This document shows positions 9,713-20,125 of a stretch of DNA of 23,388 nt, piece after piece. Both the position numbers and the translations under genes were made by a program. Below the pieces are notes generated by a model, which had not been told where the DNA came from, searched no databases, and saw nothing but the letters and a program-made list of their open reading frames with translations. The stretch comes from Octopus sinensis (Eukaryota): assembly GCF_006345805.1 (NCBI RefSeq), contig NW_021836690.1:1-23388 (forward strand). Reading direction: 5' to 3'. Each line of letters starts with the position of its first letter. Positions within the stretch are counted from its first letter, which is position 1.

Positions 9713-10941
9713 TGTTTTTGAAATAATTATTTTAGAATTTTCTACGTATTCATTTGAAATTAGGGAAACATTTCTTGGTGAAGTAGTTATGGATCTATTT
9801 ACAAGACTTATTTATGTTCATGAACGCTGTTTCTAAATTATTTTGGAGGTCACGTTTGCTGTCATGTCTAAAATTGAGCTACCATTTAATTGTATTTGAT
9901 ATCCGGTTTAGTAGTAAATAATACTACAAGTATTTTATGATATTTAGTCAAATAGTAATTTTCTTAATTTCTCCTTATTTTCTGGGATACACTAAACTGA
10001 CAGTGCCCTTCCATGACCGCAGCACGAAGTTTGAGAAAGTTAACAATGTATCCAGTTTTCCTTAATTTGATCCAATAACATTTCGAATTTTTTTCCTACG
10101 CCATTATAGGCATTTGTATAAAAACTTCTTCACTACTGTATCAGATAATAAAATACCTTCACTTTTAATCAATAGAATAGTAGATATGATACACATATAA
10201 GTTTTCACGTATGTATTTAAACTAAGTGGAAACAGCCGACACGTAATGGATTCGTTATTTCTCATATACCATTATGCAATACGTATCTCCAGAACGCTGG
10301 CAGCGTAATTGTTTTCAATTATAGTAACATTAACAATATTTTAAATAAATATCATAGTACCATATAATTTCCATTTCTTGATTTATTATACTCAATTCTT
10401 TACACACGCAAGTTCGTGTAGAATTCAATGAACAAATGCAGCGCGTGATTTGTTGAAAAAAAATCATGCGTTTTCGTTGGAGTTATTTCCATTACAGATT
10501 CTCTCTTCTATGCCCCATAGAGAGATGGGGGCAAGGATATAGCAGTTATTGCACTTGTAATAATGCCAAAGTAAGACCGTATGTCAAGCGAGCCTGTGTT
10601 AACTTCAATAACTAGGGTAACGTCCAATTACGTGACTGTATTAAGCAAGTGTGTCGTAATTGATTTTACAATGTGTCGATTGTTTCTGCGTAGCATCAGT
10701 GTTTATGTCATGGAATGTATAAACAATAAAATTTTATACGACACCTTATGCAGCTCTGCTGAGAGATGCATCGGGTATTCGTATATTTCAATGAACGTCT
10801 CTCTGCTAGAAGGATGATCGTGTTCAGAATAAATTACTTATTTATTCCAAGATGTACTGTAATTGTATTTTGAGTCTTTATTCCCTTTCGTTCAACTTAC
10901 AAGCATCATTAGACAAACAAATCACAGGCACATAAACGCAC

Positions 10942-10942
<1 letters not shown>

Positions 10943-10998
<56 letters not shown>

Positions 10999-11200
10999 CA
11001 TACGTGTGTGGTTGCATGTGTGTGCGTTTAAGTCCATGCATGCATGCAAGTATATATGTATGTATTCATGTATATATGTATGTATGCATGTATATATGTA
11101 TGCATGTATGTATGAACGTATGTATGGATGTATGCATGTATGCATGCCTGCATACATGTGTGTATGTATGCTTGCATGTATACGTACGTATGTATGCATT
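10943..11200. repeat. compound microsatellite (CA)n(TA)n plus a degenerate (TGTA/TGCA)n tract
   Basis: Directly visible. Confidence 0.92.
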
Positions 11201-12238
11201 AGAAAAGTCATATAAAGCTTTATTACCGCACTGACTCATTATTGCCCATCTCTTTTAACAATATATTCCAAGAAAATTTTCCTGTAACTTTTCAGTGGGT
11301 TTAGATTAACAACTGATTCTGATTTCCCAACAGATGCCCTTTTTTGGTTTCGATATCATGCTTCACGCTGGAGAAAGGACCATAAAAGTGTAAATTCTAA
11401 TGAGATACGAGATGATATTTCGGACGTCTTCAGAAAATGACACCCAACAAAACAATTCGGCGAAGAAAGTAATGATGAATAGGTTGTACAAAAAGAATAG
11501 TGACTACAGCTAACCGAAAGACTTGAACAGAACCTTGAATAACTTATGTGATTGTGCAGCTATCACTCCCTATAATGGATGACCATATCTAAAATTTATA
11601 TGAAATACAAATCGGAAGAAATGAATATCATGTAAAAACTGAAAAATTCTGCTGATATAGTAAAAAAAGTGCTTTGCAATATATAGTAATATACAGTAAA
11701 TTGTTGTGTCTCATCGACATTGTGATGTCCTTCTTTGAACTCAATCTATATGCCACTTTATAATGTGGACTTGTGACAAGCTTATAAAATACAAATATAA
11801 ATCAGAAACAAACGGAACAAACAATATCTGTTCTCAACGATTTCTACGATTGTCTTCACAAACACCTGCACACACCACACTGTCCTTCACTGACAGTGCG
11901 TATCTGCCTTTGTGCGATTTAGGACAGTATACTTGCTATCCCACAGAAGCGTCAGGATTTCAGCACAACATAAATTTATATCAAATACTTATCGAGAGGA
12001 ATAAAAATCATCTAAGAAATGAAATATTTTACTGATACAGTAATACAAAAATTTTGCATACTCATAAAAAAGATTTGCGGTCATTAGAGATTTTGAATGT
12101 TACAAATCATCTCGTTAAATTTATTACAAGATATTACCTATAATGAAAAGGTTAACAATAATAGTGAACAAAAGTAGTGAAGACAATTATCATCTATATT
12201 CACCAACTATCACTGAAGTCAGAAATTGAAACCTTCAA

Positions 12239-12360
12239 AATAATCATATTAAGTTTGTTAACATCATGTACAGACAGTTTAGTGGAATCACAATGGGAAC
12301 AAAGTCGCTTCAAATTACGCTACTTAAGTCATTGCATACGTAAGAGCTCTGACATATGAA
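12239..12360 (+). pseudogene. Penelope-like reverse transcriptase fragment (motif B region)
   Basis: Translation NNHIKFVNIMYRQFSGITMGT, then after a 1-nt shift (K)VASNYAT*VIAYV. This resembles the YRQxxGxxMGTxxAPxYAxL motif of Penelope-like RTs. Confidence 0.6.
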
Positions 12361-12551
12361 CAAGCTAGATTACGGTAAGACATTTTCAATAAATATTTCT
12401 TTCATAGTATAAGTGATAACACAAAAGTGTTTTGATTATGCAAGATACGCTTTCTCTAAATTTTAATACAGAACTCTAATTCTTAATGTAGTCTTCTCCA
12501 TCGCTTACTTCAGACATTATACTGTAACCATAGACCACAATATTGTTGGAA

Positions 12552-12680
12552 TAGTCGACAAATCGACCCCAGTACATGCTTTGGCACACTACTTATTCTA
12601 TCGAACGTCATGTTTAATCACTAAGTTACGGGTTCGTAAACAACCCGTTGTGGATAAACGGACAAATGGAGTCCATAAGC
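12552..12680 (-). mobile_element. degenerate 3' part of SINE family A
   Basis: AGTCGACAAATCGACCCC...TACTTATTCTATCG...CTAAGTTACGGG aligns with 2158-2245. Confidence 0.6.
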
Positions 12681-12699
12681 ATTCGCAAATATACATACA

Positions 12700-12760
12700 T
12701 ACACATATATATGGAAATATGTGTGTGGTGTGTATACGTATGTTTGCGTGTGTGTATAAG

Positions 12761-12834
<74 letters not shown>

Positions 12835-12869
12835 ATAAATATATATATATATATATATAAACTATATAT

Positions 12870-12908
<39 letters not shown>

Positions 12909-12985
12909 TATATATATACTTACATATATATCTATATATGTAAGTAAATACATATATGTTTATATATATATATATATATTTATAA
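12700..12985. repeat. (TA)n-dominated microsatellite tract
   Basis: Directly visible. Confidence 0.95.
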
Positions 12986-13076
12986 GTAAGGGTATCTAAC
13001 AGATACCACCATGATTGATAGCAGCCAAAACTTGACTCTAGAACCACATTAAATGTTCATACAGCACCAGGAGAGA

Positions 13077-13237
13077 AGACAAAGAGACAAATAGTCTAGC
13101 AAAAAAACTATTAGATAATTCAAGATCCCGGATTTCCTACGTTGCATAAGGAATGTTTTGCCTCATCAGTGGAATACACACTGCATGTCTTATGCAAAAC
13201 CAATAATATTTTTGCTAGTTTAGTTTTCTCTTTGTCT
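13077..13237 (-). other. 38-bp inverted repeat enclosing a hammerhead-like core
   Basis: Arms 13077-13114 and 13200-13237 align without gaps at 31/38. The spacer on the minus strand contains TTCCA-CTGATGA-(26 nt)-GAAA-TCCGGGA-TC-TTGAA. Confidence 0.6.
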
Positions 13238-13379
13238 CTTTTAGATGCTCTAAATTATAATTTTAAAATAATTATTACGTATGAGGTTTTTATTACCATG
13301 CTAGCCACTTGATATGATCGGCATTTTAAATAACGATATTATCCTTATTTATATAAATATATACATCTCTATATCTATA

Positions 13380-13419
<40 letters not shown>

Positions 13420-13420
13420 G

Positions 13421-14733
13421 TATGTCTGTCATGTGACTTTGGGACAGGGTGAGTGAGGCCAAAAAGCATTTTATTACCAAACAAACACCAATTCAAAAAG
13501 GAATATATAATCTGTTACCTTTTTGAAAAATTTTGCCATTTTTAATATTCGAAAATATGATATCGCTCAAATTGAATGCAGTGAGTCTAACTCTTCTTTT
13601 ACAGTAAACTTCCTACCTGCCATTCTTAATTGTAGAGAAATAACAGGTATCACAAAGTGTCGTCATGGAGTTCTTAGTGAAGGAGGGATATAGGATGCCC
13701 GACATCCAGGCAATGGTAAATGATTTTAACGGAGATGAAATCAGGGATATATGAAGAAATTGAAAGAAGAAGAAACCAGTTTCGAGCTTAAACTACGAAG
13801 TGGTAGACCAATAAATATTGCCAGGGACAAGAATCACTATCGAATGGACAAATAGATTCGCACGCTCAGACGATTTACAATCTATAAATTTGCTGCATTG
13901 CTGGACTGTGATCAAAATGCGTTACGGAAGACGGTAGGAAAGTTAAGGTATCAGAAATGATTTAAAGGGCGTCTCAGTAGTTAACAGTCGATTCGATGGA
14001 ACTCGGCTTCATCAGCTGGAAGCATTTGAAGCCAACAATGAAACGTTTCTTTTTAATTTGATAACAGTGGATGCAACCGTTCACACCATAGAATGGCTTC
14101 ATATCTCTATTCCAGTGTCTATGAACTTCAAGACCCAGCACTCGGTAAAGATATCAATGGTGCTTGTTTTGGGGAAGGACAAAGGGCATCATTCACTTTC
14201 ATTTTCTGGAACGTAGCTGTACTGTGAAGAGCGATCGGTAGAGTCAGGCACTCAAAACGCTTAGAAATGTCAGTTTTTTCGCCAAATCGCCTTCCGCATG
14301 TTTGATCCAATAGAGAACAGTCTCCGGGGGAGATTTGACGACAGAGACGAAGGAAAATTGATTGCGACGTAGTGGATACAACAGGGTTCACCCGAGAAAG
14401 ACGATTTGATAGTTGACTTCAACGATACCGCTAATGATTTGTAGACGAGTACGTCTGTATAACAGAATATCAAGATATACAGTGCATAGATGTGTGACAG
14501 CTGAAAGCTACCAAACTTTTACATTACGTTATGTACAACTATGGAAGCGAAGATTAAAATCAATCAAAACCAGTAAAGGAATTATTAACCAGCCACAAAA
14601 TCTCCACTGAACAAACAAATCAGTCAAACTTGCGAAAGTTCTAAATGTGACATGTGATTTAATTTTAATGACGGAGAAACTTGGGAATTTTAGCGGTAAC
14701 AGATTTTTATAAGGCAATTATATGACAGATATA
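13421..14733 (+). mobile_element. mariner-family transposon remnant
   Basis: Degenerate inverted termini TATGTCTGTCAT (13421-13432) / ATGACAGATATA (14722-14733), plus inverted AATCTGTTACC near 13510 and 14700. Decayed transposase motifs: VMEFLVKEG, RSGRP (13796-13810), LITVDAT (first D at 14070), LFWGRTKGIIHFHFLERSCTV, MFDPIENSLRG. The second-D/YSPDL region appears deleted. Confidence 0.75.
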
Positions 14734-15164
14734 AGGAAAACTGCGTAAGCGGGATCAATTTGAGAATTGTGACTGCATATATTGACTATACTCGGCAGGT
14801 ACAGAGTAATTAGAGTTTTGAATTGTGTGCAGAAAATTTCGCTACATATCAAGTTTCTCTCGTTGTACCAACACAGTGACTACAATGTTATCGAACAAAT
14901 ACGACGGATTAAAGTATCTCATACCTTTAAAAATAGAAAATGTGTGTAAGTCTCTATGCAAGCAGAAACGAAGCTAATATTAGTTTTGGACACAAATAAA
15001 TAAAAATTCTCATTATTTTACTACGCGCATGTTTATTACAATCTTTGTGAAGTTGTTCGGAAAAAGAAAAAAAATTAAGGAATTTTCATCTCATGGTCTG
15101 TGTCTGTGTATGTGTGTGTGTGTGTTGAAGTATATCTGTATCTATCTATCTAACTATCTATCTA

Positions 15165-15198
<34 letters not shown>

Positions 15199-15201
<3 letters not shown>

Positions 15202-15572
15202 GCAAAATGCCCCCCGTCCAATGGACGGTGCTGAGTTGTTAAACATTTAAACCGAATTTTCTCAAAACAATTTGTCCGACCGTCACATAGGCCTCCCTTT
15301 GAGAAACACTGATTTAACCTAAATTTGAGACACCAGCAAAAGAAAAATAAAGATAGATTTCTTTCTATTCCAAGAAAAACGATTTTACAAATGCACGTTC
15401 CCACGGCTTTATCGATCGCATTCTCATCTGGAATCGATTTTTGTAATTTTTTAAAGACTTATACACGCCCTGATACCGACGGTATCTTCATATCAAATGT
15501 GAGCGCAACCGGATGGAGGATGCCCGAAATCCTAGAAGACACTTACATAAACAGAACAGAAACGGTTTTATA

Positions 15573-15580
<8 letters not shown>
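15199..15580 (-). mobile_element. probable non-autonomous Helitron-type element
   Basis: On the minus strand the 3' end has the hairpin CCGTCC-ATT-GGACGG (15214-15228) 11 nt before a CTTG terminus (near the CTRR consensus). The 5' end resembles TC-TATATAATATAAAA but is degenerate. Both sides are (TA)n tracts. Confidence 0.45.
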
Positions 15581-15618
<38 letters not shown>

Positions 15619-16155
15619 CATATATATCAGTTTTTACATAACGTCGTACGGTTATTAGCTGATATTTATAGCAAAAATTGCTGCCTTTTGTGCAACTTTT
15701 TTCCTATTTATTATAATTCAAACTTTACAGTGATTATCTCTGAAAAATAATACAATTGTATTATAATTATATTTATAATTTTTTTTATGTAAAACCATCC
15801 ACTGATTTCGGCTTTGTTTGTGGCTTGGGCTATCAGCCGAGTGTGTAGGCATTGAAGTAGCGGACATTTTATATTTAATCTTAGGGGAACCTATCTTACG
15901 AAGACCAACTAGATTTGCAATAACAAACATATTTTGGAAAGTCCGAAACCGAAATACTCGGTTGTCCATTTCTCTGGCTTTTCTCCTAGAGGTAAGACGA
16001 ATTTTCTTTTTATGTTCGCCGCCCACACACAATTTTGCCTCTATACATTCAATGATGCTTTACATACACTCATACGGTTATCGACTGCTATTTCCAACAA
16101 TCATTGGTGCTTTGTTGTGCCACTATTTCTTATATATGTGTGTGTGTGTGTGTTT

Positions 16156-16582
16156 AGGCGCAGTAATGGTTGTGTGGTATCAAGATGATTCTAAGTTCAG
16201 TCCCACTGCCTGACACCTTAGTTAAGTGTCTTCTACTATAGTCTTGGGCCGACCATAGCCTTGTGAGTGGATTTGGTTGACGGAAACTGAGAGAAGCCTG
16301 TCGTATATATATATATATGTTGCTTTCTGTGTGTGTAAGTGTGTGTATGTATATGTTTGTGTGCGAGTGTGTGTATTTGTGTCTATGTTTGTTCCCCACC
16401 ATCGCTTGACCCCCGATGTATGATTGCGGACCCGTAACTTTACGGTTCGGCAAAAAGAAACCGTTACAATGGGTACTAGTCTTATAAACAATAAGTCCTG
16501 GGGACGATATGTTCAACTAAAGACGGTCTCCAGCATGGCCACAGTCAAGTGGGTGAAACAAAAGTATAAAAAAATAAAAGAA
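16156..16582 (+). mobile_element. tRNA-derived SINE, family A, diverged full-length copy
   Basis: AGGCGCAG...AGTTCAGTCCCACTGC...AAGTGTCTTCTACTATAG...internal microsatellite...ACGGTTCGGCAAAAAG...CTCCAGCATGGCCACAGTC; collinear with the reverse complement of 2083-2517. Confidence 0.85.
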
Positions 16583-16589
16583 TATATAT

Positions 16590-16634
16590 ATATATACATA
16601 CACACACACTCACACAAACACACACACACACACA

Positions 16635-16676
<42 letters not shown>

Positions 16677-16864
16677 TGTGTGTGTGTTCGCCATGATAGA
16701 TCGCTAGCCTGTGTTCCTTTCAGTCGCAGAGCGTAGGCTCGAAACATAAAAGACTTTCTCACATCCCGAGCGTTAAACTAATACATATGTTTGTTATTTA
16801 AACACCCGTCTTGTCTTTTGTTCTTTTGTAATTCTCACCATGTATATAATATATATAATTATAT

Positions 16865-16898
<34 letters not shown>

Positions 16899-16950
16899 AT
16901 ATATATATATTTTTATTTATTTATTTGTTTATTATTTATTTATTTAATTA
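16590..16950. repeat. microsatellite tracts (CA)n/(TA)n/(TTTA)n around a unique 16690-16845 segment
   Basis: Directly visible. Confidence 0.85.
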
Positions 16951-17285
16951 TTTATTCTGATTGAATTTTCAGTTTGTTAACATGTACCTCCTTAACAAGA
17001 ATATAAACCGTATTTAATCAAGATACCCTGGGCCTCCTCCTGTAGTATACACTTCGCTCGGATATTTACCACTTCCAAAGTTCTGCTCGCTATGAAATAT
17101 ATGGAGACCGGATATTATCTATCCATTCCTTAACCTACTACGAAATATAATTTATTTTTTTCAGCTTCGTACGAAAAATCCATAACCTTCCAAATCAGTA
17201 AACCAGTATTGTTCCTGAAAGTTACTATTTGTATTTGTGTACCGATTGCTTGAACTAACCTTCTTCCTACACCTCGATTCTAGGA

Positions 17286-17334
<49 letters not shown>

Positions 17335-18019
17335 GATAAAATATTAAATATATCTATATTGTGTGTGTGTGTGGTGTGTATACTAGTTGTGTATGTATAT
17401 TATGTGTGTGCGCGTTTGTGTCCGCAAAACATCGTAGAGTGAATTTATTTACAGGAGAATTATGGTTTTTCTTTTCGCAATTGTTGGCTTCGGCAGATCT
17501 ATCATGCAATAAAATGAGATATGAATAAAATACGTTTGTCATACTTGCTTTTACTACCCATGGAATTATCTATTAACACAAAGATGAAGGAACATGTTTT
17601 GAATAGAATATTACAACCGACCGATAACGGTAGATTTGAGTTTATGAGTAAACTATATTTACGTTTGGTAAATTTTAAATATTTTCCTTTTTGTCAAACC
17701 ACCGTAACCAGATTATATTTCCGATATTATGGAAACATAACGGCATGGGAATGTAAAATATAATTATTGCTAACGTCATCCATGATGAGAATTTTATCTA
17801 CGAAAATGATATATCAGAATTGACTGAGAAATTACAATGAAAACGAAAATTTGCCTGATTTGATTGTTTTCCCTTCGTATACTTATATTTTCAACCATCT
17901 TTTATTCATTATGTTTGCATGTGGTAATAGTTGCAAGCATATTTATATATAATAATTCCATATTTACTTGCAAGAGCATATCAAATTACATAATATGCGT
18001 AAATACTATATGGGTGTGC

Positions 18020-18071
18020 ATGTATGTGTGTATGTGGAGTATTATATATATATAAATATATATATATATAT

Positions 18072-18111
<40 letters not shown>

Positions 18112-18315
18112 TAGTATATATATATATAGATGTATATATATAACGAAAGCTTTATATGAAAATAAACAAAAGACGAAAGGCAGGTGGAATACAAGCAAAC
18201 AATTGTATTAGTATGGCGCTCAGGAATATAAATAAAACAGTCTTTTACGTTCCTACTACGCTCTTCAACAGAAAGATACATATATATATTATATATATAT
18301 ATATATATATAAGAT

Positions 18316-18347
<32 letters not shown>

Positions 18348-18432
18348 ATATATATATATAAATAATATATTATATATATATATACCTACTTATATGTATT
18401 ATACATATATGTATGTGTGTGTGTGTGTGTGT
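18020..18432. repeat. interrupted (TA)n/(TG)n microsatellite region
   Basis: Directly visible. Confidence 0.9.
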
Positions 18433-18456
18433 CAACTTTTATACACATGAGCAATT

Positions 18457-18495
18457 GGACGCAAGAGTGGCTGTACTGTAAGAGCTGCTTCCCAC
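18457..18495 (+). mobile_element. short degenerate head fragment of SINE family A
   Basis: GGACGCAAGAGTGGCTGTACTGTAAG resembles the family A head AGGCGCAGGAGTGGCTGTGTGGTAAG. Confidence 0.45.
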
Positions 18496-18711
18496 TTGCA
18501 TGTCCGTGTTTTCCTTAGCGCGACTTAAAGAAGTAAACCACGCTGGTGTTCAGCTGGCGAAATATTGATTGAAAAAGTTCAGCGGGTAAGGTAAAACTTT
18601 TGTTTTTTTGCGGGTCCATTGGGTTTGTTGCTTGCTGTAATTACTTTTTGTACAAACAAGAAATCCTCACTGGATTCTGAACTCTTGTCTGCTTACAGTT
18701 GGAGAAAATGT

Positions 18712-18935
18712 TTCACTTTATGAATATTTTTTCTCACTAATTGAGAGAATTGCTGTTTTGGGGGCGCATCTTGCCTCCAAAACAGTGAACTTCTTCACCA
18801 ATTTTTTGTGAAATTTGTGAAGCAATTTGTTCACTTTAGTGAATAGTTTTTCTCAAGTATCGTGAGAATTTTGTTTTGGGGGCGTAGCTCGCCTCCAAAA
18901 ATAGTTTGAACTTCTTCCCCAAATTTTGTGGAATC
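18712..18935 (+). repeat. 118-bp-period tandem duplication in a putative LINE 5' UTR
   Basis: TTCACTTTA-TGAATA...TCTCA...TGAGA...TTTTGGGGGCG...GCCTCCAAAA...TGAACTTCTTC starts at 18712 and again at 18830. Confidence 0.85.
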
Positions 18936-19228
18936 TCTTGTTCCTTGCTGGTGTTGGCAGTTCGAGTTGGAAGGCCTGGATTACCTAGAGGCCGAAAGAC
19001 TTGTGCTTGCTGTGTTTTTTGAACTGTTGAACTTTTTTTCCCTTCTTCTATTTTTTGGGGGACTTCCTTTTTTCTTGATTCTTTTCTTTTTTCCTTCCCT
19101 TTTTTGTTGTGACTTCTTTTTTGGAAGTTTTTCTTGAACTGTTTTCCTTTCTTTTTACTTCATTCTTTCTTCAACTCTTTCTCTTGAACTGTTTTGGGCC
19201 TTCTGTTGAACTTTTTATTACAAAAAAC

Positions 19229-19945
19229 ATGGCGAAGAAAAAGGACACCATTTTGGAGTGGGAATGGTCCCACCCAAGGAGTGGTTGAAGGATTTGGAAA
19301 GAGGACTTGGGTGTTGAGGACCTCAAGTCGCTCGACACCATCTCCCTCTTCGAAAAATCGATATAGAATGAGAGTTGGCGAAGTTAATGCCAATATAAAA
19401 TTTATTTCCAAGGGTGTCAAGTATGCGATGTTGTGGTTGCTATTTGACGCCCCTGAGGAGACTCGCAATTGCGGGTCAACCCTTAGAGGCGGGGATATTG
19501 TGTCTTCCCATGTTTGTGGGAATGAGTTGACAAGGACTTGGGTCTTGTGGTTTGCACCCGGAATAGAACCCGATGGATTGAAGACACTATCCGCGGGGTC
19601 TGGGTGGCAGCAGAGCCAAGATCCTAAACGTAAAACTTTTGCCTGCAGCTGATTGAGTGGGGTCAAAGCGGTTTTGACCCATGAACACATTCAGCCAAGA
19701 ATCTGGTATTTCCGATAGTTTTTGAAATGGCCGGTACTAGGTATCCTGTGATTCTTGACGGTCGCCCCCACCCAGTTGTCATTGGTGCCTGGAGCCTGGC
19801 CATATAAAACAAACTGTCCCCAGGAACAAAGTAGGTCCTGGAGCAGTTGGATGAGACCTCTGTAGAAGAGGGAACGAAGGCGGTCGAGGACGCGGAGGAC
19901 TCAGCCAAGAAGGGCTGCAAGAGGAAGAAGGTGAGCAACAATATA
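19229..19945 (+). pseudogene. L1/Tx1-like LINE ORF1 (gag-like, CCHC zinc knuckle), frameshifted and 3'-truncated
   Basis: ATG at 19229 (MAKKKDTILEW), IKFISKGVKYA (RRM-like region), IPIVFEMAGTRYPVILDGRP, then CHWCLEPGHIKQ(N)CP at 19777-19820, a CX2CX4HX4C knuckle restored by one added A. A charged low-complexity tail ends at a (TA)n tract. No ORF2 is seen. Confidence 0.7.
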
Positions 19946-19969
19946 ATATATATATATATATATATATAT

Positions 19970-20125
19970 TTGGCGAAAGAGTCAGCAGAAGTTTCGCCAT
20001 TAACTTCTGCCGCGTGGAGCCTAGATATTTCACTCATAAAACACACATCGCCTGGTCTCAGATTCGAACCCGCAATCCCTCGACCGTGAGTCCACTGCTT
20101 TAACCACTAGGCTATGTACCTCCAC
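19970..20125 (-). mobile_element. tRNA-derived SINE, family C, 5' portion
   Basis: On the minus strand, A box TAGCCTAGTGG (20104-20114) and B box GGTTCGAATC (20061-20070), followed by non-tRNA body sequence. No proper cloverleaf forms. Confidence 0.75.

Noticed and set aside
6977-18365. Many ORF-track entries rich in YI/CV/HT dipeptides
   Set aside because: They are translations of (TA)n, (TG)n and (CA)n microsatellites with no coding signal.
19453-19480. CTGAGGA followed by a 7-bp hairpin (GACTCGC-AATT-GCGGGTC), hammerhead-like
   Set aside because: Followed by AACC rather than GAAA, no stems I or III, and it lies within the ORF1 coding path.
19160-19690. 176-aa minus-strand ORF, the longest in the track
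   Set aside because: It is antisense to the ORF1-like sequence and has no recognisable motifs.
20055-20125. Possible tRNA gene (minus strand) with good A and B boxes
   Set aside because: Acceptor and anticodon stems do not pair and the sequence runs into a SINE body; treated as a SINE head.
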